Shown here: positions 1-7,944 of the stretch, piece after piece
How positions within the stretch are numbered: position 1 is the first letter of the stretch
How the letters are laid out: the number at the start of each line of letters is the position of its first letter
Origin: Deltaproteobacteria bacterium TL4
Lineage (GTDB): Bacteria; SAR324; NAC60-12
Direction: 5' to 3'
Length of the DNA stretch: 16,852 bases
NCBI GenBank assembly: GCA_051382335.1
Contig: JBBCAX010000318.1
Span: forward strand, 1 to 16,852
Program-made: the position numbers and the translations under genes
Notes under the pieces: model-generated
What the model saw: the letters and a program-made list of their open reading frames with translations, nothing else
Told to the model about the DNA's origin: nothing
Databases searched by the model: none

Positions 1-82
1 TGTGTTCTTGGTGTTTTTAAAAAGTTTGGTGGGAAAAATATGAAAGAGAATCTTGATAATTGCAGGGACTCCGAACCCTTTT

Positions 83-1763
83 TTATGAATATACTTTGTC
101 AAGTTGGTTTTTTATGAGAAAGCCGTGGGTACTTGCGGGAACGCTCTTCAAAGTTTGAATAACACCATTCCCATAATAATTGAAATTCAAATAATAATTA
201 GAAAGCGATTGAAGATAAGGAGTTATAGGGATGCTAAGAGTCATAGGAGACGTATTCTGACTTGTAAAGTTGCGTTGGGCGACGCGTAAAGTTGAAGTTG
301 ATTCCAACGTTTTCGACTCTATAAAAATGAAAGCGTTTTCTTGATCTTTACGGATAGTAATTTCAGTATTTTCGCTTAACGAATCAGGAGGAATAGTTAG
401 TTGGGTTCCATCGGAGAATACTAATTCTCCCCCAGAAATCTTATCAATTAAAGCCTTTGCTTCAACCAAAGAATCGTCTAATATTTGGATCATGACTTTC
501 GAGCTTTCCGCTATGATTTCTTTCGTCGCGAAATTCATTATCGCGGCTTTAAAAAGTCCAACTCCATGATTTGCTCCGTTTAGGTCCATCGAAAGATGAT
601 AGCGTCCTGTATCGTCCTCTTGAAACTCAACGACTTCATCCACATCCCAACCATCCCCTTTTGAATCAGAATTATTAGCGTCATATCCCATTAAAATTAC
701 AGAATGTTCACTTCTTTTATTTTTCACCTCAACATCAAAATCAATCCAAGTATTTTGACTCAACCAAACCATTTCGGTTGAAGAATGTAACGGCCCCACG
801 AGAGTGGGAGCTCCTAAGTCCATCAAGCTAATACTTGTACCTATCGAATTTTCTCCATATTCATTTTTTGAAATAACAAGGAGATGAGTCACGTTTGTTG
901 GAATTATGGTATCGGGATAAATTTCATAGGAAAGACCATTTCCTGTTTTGTTTAGTGCAACAATGGGATCATGATCCTTGAGTTTTTGTGTTGGAGCTTC
1001 TCCCCAATAAAGGACATATTGGGCTAATGCATCTTCAATATTGGCTTTTTGGATTTCTACTAGACCCGATATTTCACCTTCATCGGTATCTGTATCAGAA
1101 AATTTGACACTTTTAGCAGAACCACGAGGTAAAAAATGGTCTTCAATGGTTAGGAATCCTTCAGAGTTTTTATTATTGGATCCATATTCATTGCTGGTTT
1201 TAACACTAAACTGATAATTCATTTCTGTTGTTGTGAGTACGCAAGCACCGAAAACTAATTCTTGATACTCATCAAAATATTGACCTAGCGCTGATTTTAC
1301 ACCCTTTAAAAAATCATCCCGATTGTATATTAATCCATATTTGTAAGTGGAATTTTGATCATTAGAAAATGTATTTTCTAACATTTCACTAATGTTAGTC
1401 TCATAACCATTATCTTGGACGGTCTCTCCATTTAAGATAATCTAGTGTTTTCTGATCGACACGATAATAATCAGGGAGGTGGAAATTTGAAAAATTATAA
1501 CTTAAGTCTTGGCCTGCTTTGGGTAGAGACGCAATGTAAATGGATTCGCTGTAGCCTCGGTCTATATTTAATTCTACCTCATAAGAATCTATATCCGATT
1601 CATCAATAGCCCTTTGAATCTTAAGGGTACCTGATAATGTTCCCAAAGCAAAATTGTTATCAGTGAAGTTAAGTCCTTTGACACCATACTTAGGTGGATC
1701 TTCGACACATCCAACGAATATGCCTCCAATGATGATGAGTCCAAAAATGATAACTTGACGCAT
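83..1763 (-). pseudogene. Large surface lipoprotein (~559 aa if repaired) with two FN3/Ig-like beta-rich repeats and a ZU5-like segment, split by a frameshift into ORFs 1410..1763 and 83..1384
   Basis: ORF 1763 starts with a lipoprotein signal (MRQVIIFGLIIIGGIFVG-C). The reading frame of ORF 83..1384 stays open upstream to the TAG at 1442-1444, overlapping the first ORF. Repeat 1 begins in ORF1 (LNFTDNNFALGTLSGTLKIQRAIDE..LPKAGQDLSY) and ends in ORF2 (VKTSNEYG..IED). Repeat 2 lies wholly in ORF2 (VKFSDTDTDEGEISGLVEIQKANIE..LNKTGNGLSY..VISKNEYG..LMD). GGELVFSDGTQLTIPPDSLSENTEITI resembles ZU5-like domains. The break could be a sequencing error rather than a true pseudogene. Confidence 0.7.
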
Positions 1764-1802
1764 AAATTCCCCTTCTTGTTAGTAACTGGTCAGTGGGAGA
1801 TT

Positions 1803-1907
1803 TATAGACTTTCAGATAAGTCTTTCCTGGGAACGTGGGCATCTTGCCCGCAAAAGCAGGCGGGACGCATGCGCTCCCAGCCTAAAATACTTTTCTGAAA
1901 CACTATA
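1803..1907. repeat. ~105-bp nested palindrome (MITE/REP-like element)
   Basis: The outer inverted repeat TATAGACTTTCAGATAAGT (1803-1821) matches the reverse complement of 1889-1907 (TATAGTGTTTCAGAAAAGT) at 16/19. The inner GC-rich inverted repeat 1827-1851 / 1856-1880 matches at 17/25 around an AAAA loop, in an otherwise AT-rich intergenic region. Confidence 0.7.
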
Positions 1908-2007
1908 GTAACACTCTGTCTAATTCTTCCTTAACAAACGGAAATATATTTTGTCAACAAGAAATAAAAAGGTTGACACCATTGTAAGCTCTCATCAGTG
2001 ATGAATT

Positions 2008-2724
2008 TTACAGGTTGGGTCTACCCTGTGTATTTTCGGTCAGGAGGTCCTGATAAATAGCTTCAAATATTTCTTTGCCATGGGATTGAATGTTGGCTCC
2101 ATGAGCCATAATGATTTTGTCAAAATCCCACTGCTGGATCTGTCGTAATGAGTCGGAGACCAGTTTGTCATCTTTCACCAGGGGGATTTGGCGGTCATTG
2201 AACAAACCTGTTGGTTTGAGTCTCCGTGACACTAACGCAATGAGTTTGGTCATCAGGGAAGGTATCGAGCCCAGATGATAAATCGCATCGGTCACAATGA
2301 GGGTTTGGGTAGGTTTGTGAAGAAAAAAGACCTCTTGGAAACGGGGGATTCCTTCAATGAGTCGCTGATCCATCACGTCAGCCCAAGCCGCGGGAATCTG
2401 AGTCGTCAGTTCTACGTCACACCGAAGATCAGGGCATTTTTTCGCAAGTTTGGGCGCAAAGTAGGTCTTTGCCTCAGGAAAATGAGCTTGAAAACCGGCA
2501 ACGTAAAGATAGTGCAGACGATTTGGGGCAATAATGTAAGCCACATTTCCAAGCTCTTTCATTTGTACAACGGTTTCAGGTGTTACCGCAACAGGTGAAT
2601 GTACCCACAAGTTTTCGTTGGGAAAACGGACTATAGTCATCCGTGTGCCTAATTGAATGCCATGAAACCGTTGCGGCATATCAACAGTCCAGATATCGTT
2701 AGAAAATGGTTTTATTGATTGCAT
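2008..2724 (-). CDS. DUF4336 domain protein (metallo-beta-lactamase-like fold)
   Basis: Motifs GTRMTIVR..LWVHSP, IIAPNRLHYLY, EVFFLHKPTQTLIVTD and WDFDKIIMAHG are characteristic of DUF4336. An AAGGA RBS precedes the ATG. Confidence 0.85.
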   Translation of the reverse strand: MQSIKPFSNDIWTVDMPQRFHGIQLGTRMTIVRFPNENLWVHSPVAVTPETVVQMKELGNVAYIIAPNRLHYLYVAGFQAHFPEAKTYFAPKLAKKCPDLRCDVELTTQIPAAWADVMDQRLIEGIPRFQEVFFLHKPTQTLIVTDAIYHLGSIPSLMTKLIALVSRRLKPTGLFNDRQIPLVKDDKLVSDSLRQIQQWDFDKIIMAHGANIQSHGKEIFEAIYQDLLTENTQGRPNL

Positions 2725-2806
2725 GTTCCTTTGCTTTCTCGTAATGGTTCAACCATAATATGGTCCCCAAATCTTCCTTAAGAAATTTTTGAGGAGTGGG
2801 TTCCTT

Positions 2807-2990
2807 TCTTGCAGCCATATCATTGTTTGACACTCCCCTTCGTGAACGAAGGGGATTCTTGGGCTTAGACCGCAAGCGGCCTAATATCTTCACAAGCTGA
2901 CATGGCCTGCCCGACCACCAGAATATTTTTAGCGGCGTTCACATCGGCATTCTCGGAATGTCCGCATTTCAAACAGAGGAAGAGGGCTTG
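2807..2990 (-). ncRNA. Predicted TnpB omega-RNA (reRNA): scaffold overlapping the tnpB 3' end plus a guide from flanking DNA (ACAATGATATGGCTGCAAGA, 2826->2807)
   Basis: Inferred from established TnpB biology, in which the scaffold spans the tnpB 3' end and the right end and the guide is the ~16-20 nt beyond it. The scaffold/guide boundary at 2827/2826 is seen in the sequence. The 5' boundary is only approximate. Confidence 0.6.
2834..2855 (-). repeat. Right-end subterminal hairpin of the IS605-family element
   Basis: Perfect palindrome TCCCCTTCG-TTCA-CGAAGGGGA followed 3 nt later by the terminal TCAA typical of IS608/IS609/ISDra2-type right ends. Confidence 0.9.
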
Positions 2991-4025
2991 CGACGGGCGG
3001 TTGCCTTCTTCGGTATGACCGCAGACTGAACAACGACGGGAGGTGTTTTTTGGAGGAACCAGAATGACCTTTCCTCCTCGCCATTGTTGTTTGTAGATCA
3101 GTTGTCTGCGGAACTCATACCATCCCTGATCGAGAATGGACTTGTTGAGACCGGACTTGGCTTTGACGTTTTTTCCCGGATTCTCAACGGTTCCCTTGGC
3201 CGACGCGCTCATGTTGGATACTTTCAAATCTTCCAGCACGATGACAGCGTGGTTTTTGCTGAGATCATTGGAAGCCTTATGCAGAAAGTCCTTACGAGTG
3301 TTCGCTATTTTAATATGAATATCAGTGACTTTATATTTTTGTTTTTTCCAGTTGTTGGAAAATTTAACCTTGCGAGACAGATTTTTTTGTTCTTTCGCCA
3401 GTTTGTTTTCCAGTTTTTTGAACGAGTTCAATGGTTTCAGGGATTCACCATCCGAAAAGGTGGCGAATCGGGCGATTCCCATGTCCACGCCGATTGCGGC
3501 GGTCGCTGGGTGTTGAGGTTCAGCGATTTCCAGTGCCACCTGAATCGACACAAACCAGTGTTTGCCTTGTCGGGAAACCGTGACGTTTTTCGGGATTCCC
3601 TCGATTTCCCTCGACTGGCGGAAGGGAACCCAACCGAGTTTGGGAAGAAAAACCGTTTCCCCGTTGAATTTGAATCCTTGCGGATAGGAAAAAGAGTCAT
3701 GAATCCCTTTTTTCTTGAATCGGGGAAGTCCTTTTTCTTGTTTTAATCCATCCCACAAGGCGCGATCCAATGCCTTGAGGGTTTGTTGCAGGGTTTGCGA
3801 ATGGGTGTCTTTCAGAAAGGAGGTTTCCTCCTCTTTTTTCCACTCCACCAGCAAACTTGCCAATTGAGTATAGGTGAGAACAGATTCATGTTGTTCCAAG
3901 CGGCCTTTTTGCAAAGCTAAAGCCTTGTTCCAAACAAACCGGGAACATCCGGCGAATTGGGCCAATTTCTTCAATTGAGAGGAATGTGGTTCCAGTCGAA
4001 ACCGGAAGGCTTTTAATACTTGCAT
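2865..4025 (-). CDS. tnpB: RNA-guided endonuclease TnpB (IS609/InsQ-like), 386 aa
   Basis: N-terminal KAFRFRLEP..FAGCSRFVWN, RuvC-I IGVDMG, RuvC-II IVLEDL, Zn ribbon CSVC..CLKC and RuvC-III NADVNAAKNI. All three acidic catalytic residues are present. Confidence 0.97.
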   Translation of the reverse strand: MQVLKAFRFRLEPHSSQLKKLAQFAGCSRFVWNKALALQKGRLEQHESVLTYTQLASLLVEWKKEEETSFLKDTHSQTLQQTLKALDRALWDGLKQEKGLPRFKKKGIHDSFSYPQGFKFNGETVFLPKLGWVPFRQSREIEGIPKNVTVSRQGKHWFVSIQVALEIAEPQHPATAAIGVDMGIARFATFSDGESLKPLNSFKKLENKLAKEQKNLSRKVKFSNNWKKQKYKVTDIHIKIANTRKDFLHKASNDLSKNHAVIVLEDLKVSNMSASAKGTVENPGKNVKAKSGLNKSILDQGWYEFRRQLIYKQQWRGGKVILVPPKNTSRRCSVCGHTEEGNRPSQALFLCLKCGHSENADVNAAKNILVVGQAMSACEDIRPLAV

Positions 4026-4040
4026 GGATTTAAGGACGTT

Positions 4041-4358
4041 ATGGCAAATTCCAAAGATTTAAGACACGGGAAAACATCGGGTTTTCTGCTTCATGTTCAT
4101 CTTGTATTTGTGACCAAATACCGACGACCGGTTTTTAACAAAATGATTTTGGATCATTTGAAAGATATCTTTACCCAAAGTTGTCAAAAACTGGAAGCCC
4201 AATGTGTTGAATTTAACGGTGAGGCGGATCATGTTCATCTTTTAGTGAATTATCCACCAAAACTTTCAGTCTCAAAACTGGTTAACCAACTCAAAGGGAC
4301 TTCTTCGAGAAGGAGAAAATATGCCAACACCGCAGGATGGAATTTTCAGGGAGGATAG
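4041..4358 (+). pseudogene. tnpA: Truncated Y1 HUH transposase TnpA (~90 homologous aa, then out-of-frame read-through into dyp)
   Basis: AAGGA RBS at 4032 and ATG at 4041. Motifs HLVFVTKYRR and HUH DHVHLL are followed by LVNQLKGTSSR. The expected C-terminal LW..Y...Y(I)xxQ region carrying the catalytic Tyr is missing. Confidence 0.9.
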
Positions 4359-5223
4359 TCACAAGTATTACTATCTGGAATATCAGCGAGATCCAAAAAC
4401 ACCGATTCCGGTTCTTCAACGTGCGATTCGAGGGGCGCTTCAGCGGCAATCCAAAGATATTGAGATCATCATCGCTTTTGGGAAACAAACCTGGAATTAC
4501 TTAAATCCGCAATGGGAACCTGGAGAATTACAAGATTTTGAAGAACTTCAGGGAAGCCATGGTTTTTCTATTCCTTCGACTCAACGGGATATATTTTATT
4601 GGATTCATAGTAAAAATCATGATGATAATTTCGATCAGGTGTTAAACATTCAAAAATCGATGGGAGCAACCGCAGTTCTGAAATTGGATCTGGCAGGGTT
4701 TACTTATCACGATTCGAGAGATCTTATTGGTTTTATTGATGGTTCTGCCAACCCAAAAGACGATGATCGTCAACGGGCCGCGCTCATTCCTGAGAGGCAA
4801 ACCGGAGCTGGAGGTAGTTATGTTTTAACCCAAAAGTGGGTACACAATTTGGCGGCTTTCAATTCATTATCTCAAACACAGCAGGAAAAAATCATAGGCA
4901 GAACCAAAGTGGACAGTATTGAATTAGAGGGGGACGCTATGCCGAAGGATTCCCATGTAAGCCGTACGGATGTGACGGTGGATGGTAAAGCTATGAAAAT
5001 CTATCGTCGCAGTGCACCTTATGGTTCTGCGACAGAACACGGTTTGTATTTTATTGCCTTTGCTTGTGAAATCTCCCGAATCAGTATTCAACTAAAACGA
5101 ATGTTTGGCCTGACCGAGGATAAACTTTATGATAAAATTGTTGAATACTCGAAGCCGGTAACCAGTTCTTATTGGTTTGCTCCCTCAAAAGAAGATTTGG
5201 CGTCCATGTTGGAGAAGTCCTAA
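4321..5223 (+). CDS. Dye-decolorizing (Dyp-type) heme peroxidase, YfeX-like, cytoplasmic
   Basis: GXXDG motif (GFIDGSANP), QEKIIGRTK, proximal His (DSHVSRT), distal Arg (IYRRSAPYG) and GLYFIAF. AGGAG RBS at 4311. No Tat/Sec signal. Confidence 0.93.
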   Translation: MPTPQDGIFREDSHKYYYLEYQRDPKTPIPVLQRAIRGALQRQSKDIEIIIAFGKQTWNYLNPQWEPGELQDFEELQGSHGFSIPSTQRDIFYWIHSKNHDDNFDQVLNIQKSMGATAVLKLDLAGFTYHDSRDLIGFIDGSANPKDDDRQRAALIPERQTGAGGSYVLTQKWVHNLAAFNSLSQTQQEKIIGRTKVDSIELEGDAMPKDSHVSRTDVTVDGKAMKIYRRSAPYGSATEHGLYFIAFACEISRISIQLKRMFGLTEDKLYDKIVEYSKPVTSSYWFAPSKEDLASMLEKS

Positions 5224-5244
5224 GTATTATCAAAACGGGAAAAA

Positions 5245-5940
5245 ATGGCATTCAATCATATTCTTGTGGTTGAGGATGAACACAAGATTGCGTCAATTCT
5301 TAAAGAGTATTTGGAACAGGCAGGGTTTGAGGTGAGCTGTTTATTCCACGGAAATGGAGTGGTTCCTTTTGTTAAATCACATGCTGTCGATTTGATCTTG
5401 CTGGATATTATGCTTCCTGGCAAAAATGGGATTGATGTCTGCAAGGAAATTCGAAATTTTTCCACAGTCCCTATTTTGATGGTCACCGCAAAAACAGAAG
5501 AAATTGACCGTTTGCTGGGATTGGAGCTCGGAGCCGACGACTATATTTGTAAACCGTTCAGCCCAAGAGAAGTGGTTGCACGAGTAAAAATGGTTTTAAG
5601 AAGACTCCATCCTTCCGCTCCATATCAAGAAACCTTACTGACCGTAGGTCCGATTGTCTTGAATGAGACGTCTCGACAGGTGCGGATCCATGATGAGGAA
5701 CTGAAACTCACGCCCAATGAATTTGCCTTATTAAAAACATTAATGTCTCATCCTGGCAGAGTTTTTCCACGGAATGATTTACTCAATCAAGTTCAGGGCT
5801 ACGACTTTGATGGTTATGACCGGACTATCGACACACATATCAAAAATTTACGAAAAAAAATTGCGGTATACCTACCCCATTTAGAAATCATCAATTCCGT
5901 GTATGGTGTTGGTTATCGCTTTAATCCAAAAGATCTCTGA
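5245..5940 (+). CDS. OmpR/PhoB-family two-component response regulator (BaeR-like)
   Basis: Receiver motifs ILVVEDE, LLDIMLP (phospho-Asp), MVTAK and GADDYICKPFSPRE, plus winged-helix motifs LTPNEF..RTIDTHIKNLRKK..VYGVGYRF. Confidence 0.95.
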   Translation: MAFNHILVVEDEHKIASILKEYLEQAGFEVSCLFHGNGVVPFVKSHAVDLILLDIMLPGKNGIDVCKEIRNFSTVPILMVTAKTEEIDRLLGLELGADDYICKPFSPREVVARVKMVLRRLHPSAPYQETLLTVGPIVLNETSRQVRIHDEELKLTPNEFALLKTLMSHPGRVFPRNDLLNQVQGYDFDGYDRTIDTHIKNLRKKIAVYLPHLEIINSVYGVGYRFNPKDL

Positions 5941-5969
5941 TCCATAATCACCTCCGGAATGTTCCTTGC

Positions 5970-7712
5970 TCAGCGAAGAGCCACTTGGGGCGCATTCGCA
6001 TTTTGAAATCTCTTATGAATGGATTGAACCAGCGCTTTGGCGATTTTCTGACGGTACTGATTTTTCAGAATGGCCTGGCGATCGGAAGCATTTTTAATAT
6101 TGGCAACTTCGACAAGTACCGATGTTGGAATTTTACTATAGCGTAAAATCGCAGGTAAGGTTCTTATGTTTTTCCTCCAGCGATATCCTCGTACCGCCGT
6201 TTGCGCATGTGTTGTCAGTCCCTCATCACGGAAGGATGAAATGATACTATTACCAAACGCAAGGCTCTGTTCCGCGGAAGCTCGATTTTCCTGATCGTAG
6301 AACTTAATCTCATTTTGATATTCTTGGTGCATACGATAGATTTGTTTTTTTAAATGAAACCTCCCCTTTCTTAATCGCGCATCAGGATAGTAAACCATGG
6401 CTCCACGTAGGGAGGGATGAAGTGCATCGCCATGAATGCTCATGAAAATAATATGCTCTTTGGGAATTTTTTCCTTGAGAGTCAATTGTTGATACAGATG
6501 ATTGATTAAATACACACGCATATTGACTCCCACATTCGTATTTTGAATCCGGTATCGGGGATGAACGAGGAGGACTTCGTTCTGATCTTTTTCAGTGAGT
6601 AAATGCATCGTCGGACCTTGTTGGTCCGTATCCTGAACGGTTGGATGCACAATATAGCCTTGGGTTTTTAGCATTTTCATCATCCGTTGACTGATGTCAT
6701 AAACCAGTTCATCTTCGAATACAAGATCATTTCGACTTCGGGAACCACCCACTGCACCCGGATCAATCCCGCCGTGACCCGCATCTAAAATGATATGATA
6801 CTTTGCTTCGAGTTCAGCTCTGAAAGCTTTTTTGTGAATAATTTCGACTTTTTTTGAAGGTTGAGAGACCAACACCGGAGCATTGGTGTTCAAATACTCT
6901 TCACTGAGCCACTCCAACGGTATTTTTAACTCGGTACCAGGCGTAATCCTTCTGGCATCAGGGATTTGATTTAACGCCAACAACTCCTTGGCCATAAGAT
7001 TAACGTCGTCGGACAGCATACGTCCCGTAAAACGAATGATTACCGAGGAATAGATCGCTTCCCCCTTTTGTAAACGATAATAGGCGTAACGTTTACCGGA
7101 TGAATCTTTTTTGACCATCAAAGGCGGTTTTACCGCAACAGGTTGTAACTCCAATTCCTCTTTAATCCATTCCCAAGGAATGAGAATCGTATCTCCTCTG
7201 AATAATTTCTTTCCTCTCTTCTTGAGTTGATTGAACTCAGCTAATTTTTCTGCATTAATAGCGGTTTTGGTAAAGATTGCCGCGATAAAACTCAAGGTTT
7301 CGCCATCATAGACAACCCGATGGGACCAACCTTCTTTATCACTCGTGTCATTAGGAAATAAAGCCTTTAACGCGGTACCGCGAATAGAATCCTTGAGCAC
7401 CTTCAAAGGAAAGGTCACATAGCGGCCACTCCTCATCGTAGGGTTTCGATTGTATTTTTTAATTTGATGAAAATTGTTCTTCCAGTCTTTCATCACTCTA
7501 CGGGCAAAACCATAAGCCCCTTCTCCCACACGGGGCTTCATCTGTACAATAATTCTTTTTTTGACAAATCCAACACGCATCGTGTCATTTTGGCCATAGG
7601 TGAATTCTTCTAAAGAATAAGAAGCCCTTTTTGCTGCCCAGACCTTCTGACAAAGAATACCGCTCATGAAACTGAAGCAACAAGTCATTAGGATGAGATA
7701 CTTTGTTTTCAT
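5970..7712 (-). CDS. Secreted N-acetylmuramoyl-L-alanine amidase (Amidase_3) with three divergent LysM-like repeats
   Basis: N-terminal signal peptide. Zn-amidase motifs IILDAGHGG, VFEDEL, SIHGD and VLVEVAN. LysM-like segments GEGAYGFA..SGRYVTFP, GETLSFIA..RGDTILIP and GEAIYSSV..PGTELKIP. Confidence 0.9.
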   Translation of the reverse strand: MKTKYLILMTCCFSFMSGILCQKVWAAKRASYSLEEFTYGQNDTMRVGFVKKRIIVQMKPRVGEGAYGFARRVMKDWKNNFHQIKKYNRNPTMRSGRYVTFPLKVLKDSIRGTALKALFPNDTSDKEGWSHRVVYDGETLSFIAAIFTKTAINAEKLAEFNQLKKRGKKLFRGDTILIPWEWIKEELELQPVAVKPPLMVKKDSSGKRYAYYRLQKGEAIYSSVIIRFTGRMLSDDVNLMAKELLALNQIPDARRITPGTELKIPLEWLSEEYLNTNAPVLVSQPSKKVEIIHKKAFRAELEAKYHIILDAGHGGIDPGAVGGSRSRNDLVFEDELVYDISQRMMKMLKTQGYIVHPTVQDTDQQGPTMHLLTEKDQNEVLLVHPRYRIQNTNVGVNMRVYLINHLYQQLTLKEKIPKEHIIFMSIHGDALHPSLRGAMVYYPDARLRKGRFHLKKQIYRMHQEYQNEIKFYDQENRASAEQSLAFGNSIISSFRDEGLTTHAQTAVRGYRWRKNIRTLPAILRYSKIPTSVLVEVANIKNASDRQAILKNQYRQKIAKALVQSIHKRFQNANAPQVALR

Positions 7713-7853
7713 ATTTTAATTATGTAAGATTAAGGTTCATTTTTAGATAAAAAGAGGATCTCTCGCTGTGAAGGAAGGCCTTCATTCAACGTCACTTAAA
7801 ATTCAGAAAGTGATCCTTATGACAGGTGTGAGGTGCTGATATTTTTAAATGAA

Positions 7854-7868
7854 ACAAAAACTGTGCCA
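7854..7868 (-). promoter_or_regulatory. Possible sigma-54 (-24/-12) promoter for the amidase
   Basis: Minus strand reads TGGCAC-AGTTT-TTGT against consensus TGGCAC-N5-TTGC. Spacing is correct, with one mismatch at the conserved -12 C. It lies ~140 bp upstream of the amidase start. Confidence 0.35.
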
Positions 7869-7882
7869 CTATCAGGGGAGTA

Positions 7883-7927
7883 AAAAAATGATTTCTGTCA
7901 TAAAAACTCAAACAGCTTTATGACAGA
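7883..7927 (-). terminator. Probable intrinsic terminator after prkA2
   Basis: Perfect 11-bp inverted repeat TCTGTCATAAA (7894-7904) / TTTATGACAGA (7917-7927), 17 nt after the stop codon, followed on the minus strand by AATCATTTTTTT. Confidence 0.6.
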
Positions 7928-7944
7928 GCGGAAGGAGGACCTAA

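Larger units (their letters stand above)
2827..4310 (-). mobile_element. IS200/IS605-family element (IS609-like, divergent tnpA/tnpB); right end intact, left end deleted
   Basis: tnpB and a divergent Y1 tnpA have starts 15 bp apart. The minus-strand right end reads GAATCCCCTTCG-TTCA-CGAAGGGGAGTG-TCAA, ending at 2827. tnpA homology stops near 4310 and no left-end hairpin follows. Confidence 0.9.

Noticed and set aside
1952..1978. Back-to-back TTGACA hexamers (TGTCAAC..GTTGACA)
   Set aside because: Neither has a convincing -10 box at 16-18 bp. The 7-bp inverted repeat could be an operator but is too short to support.
2699..2893. 64-aa ORF spanning the IS right end
   Set aside because: Chimeric across the IS boundary and overlapping both tnpB and the DUF4336 gene.
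3084..3746. 220-aa plus-strand ORF and other short ORFs inside tnpB
   Set aside because: Antisense or alternate-frame shadows of tnpB with no recognisable motifs.
2865..4025. TnpB as a nuclease-dead TldR-type regulator or a Cas12f
   Set aside because: All three RuvC acidic residues are intact, there is no CRISPR array, and the IS end and tnpA are adjacent.
5150..5223. Dyp as an encapsulin cargo protein
   Set aside because: No C-terminal GSLxIGSL-type targeting peptide and no encapsulin gene in the window.
6788..6798. Partial match (AATGATATG) of the TnpB guide within the amidase gene
   Set aside because: Only 9 nt and mismatched at the guide 5' seed, so compatible with chance.
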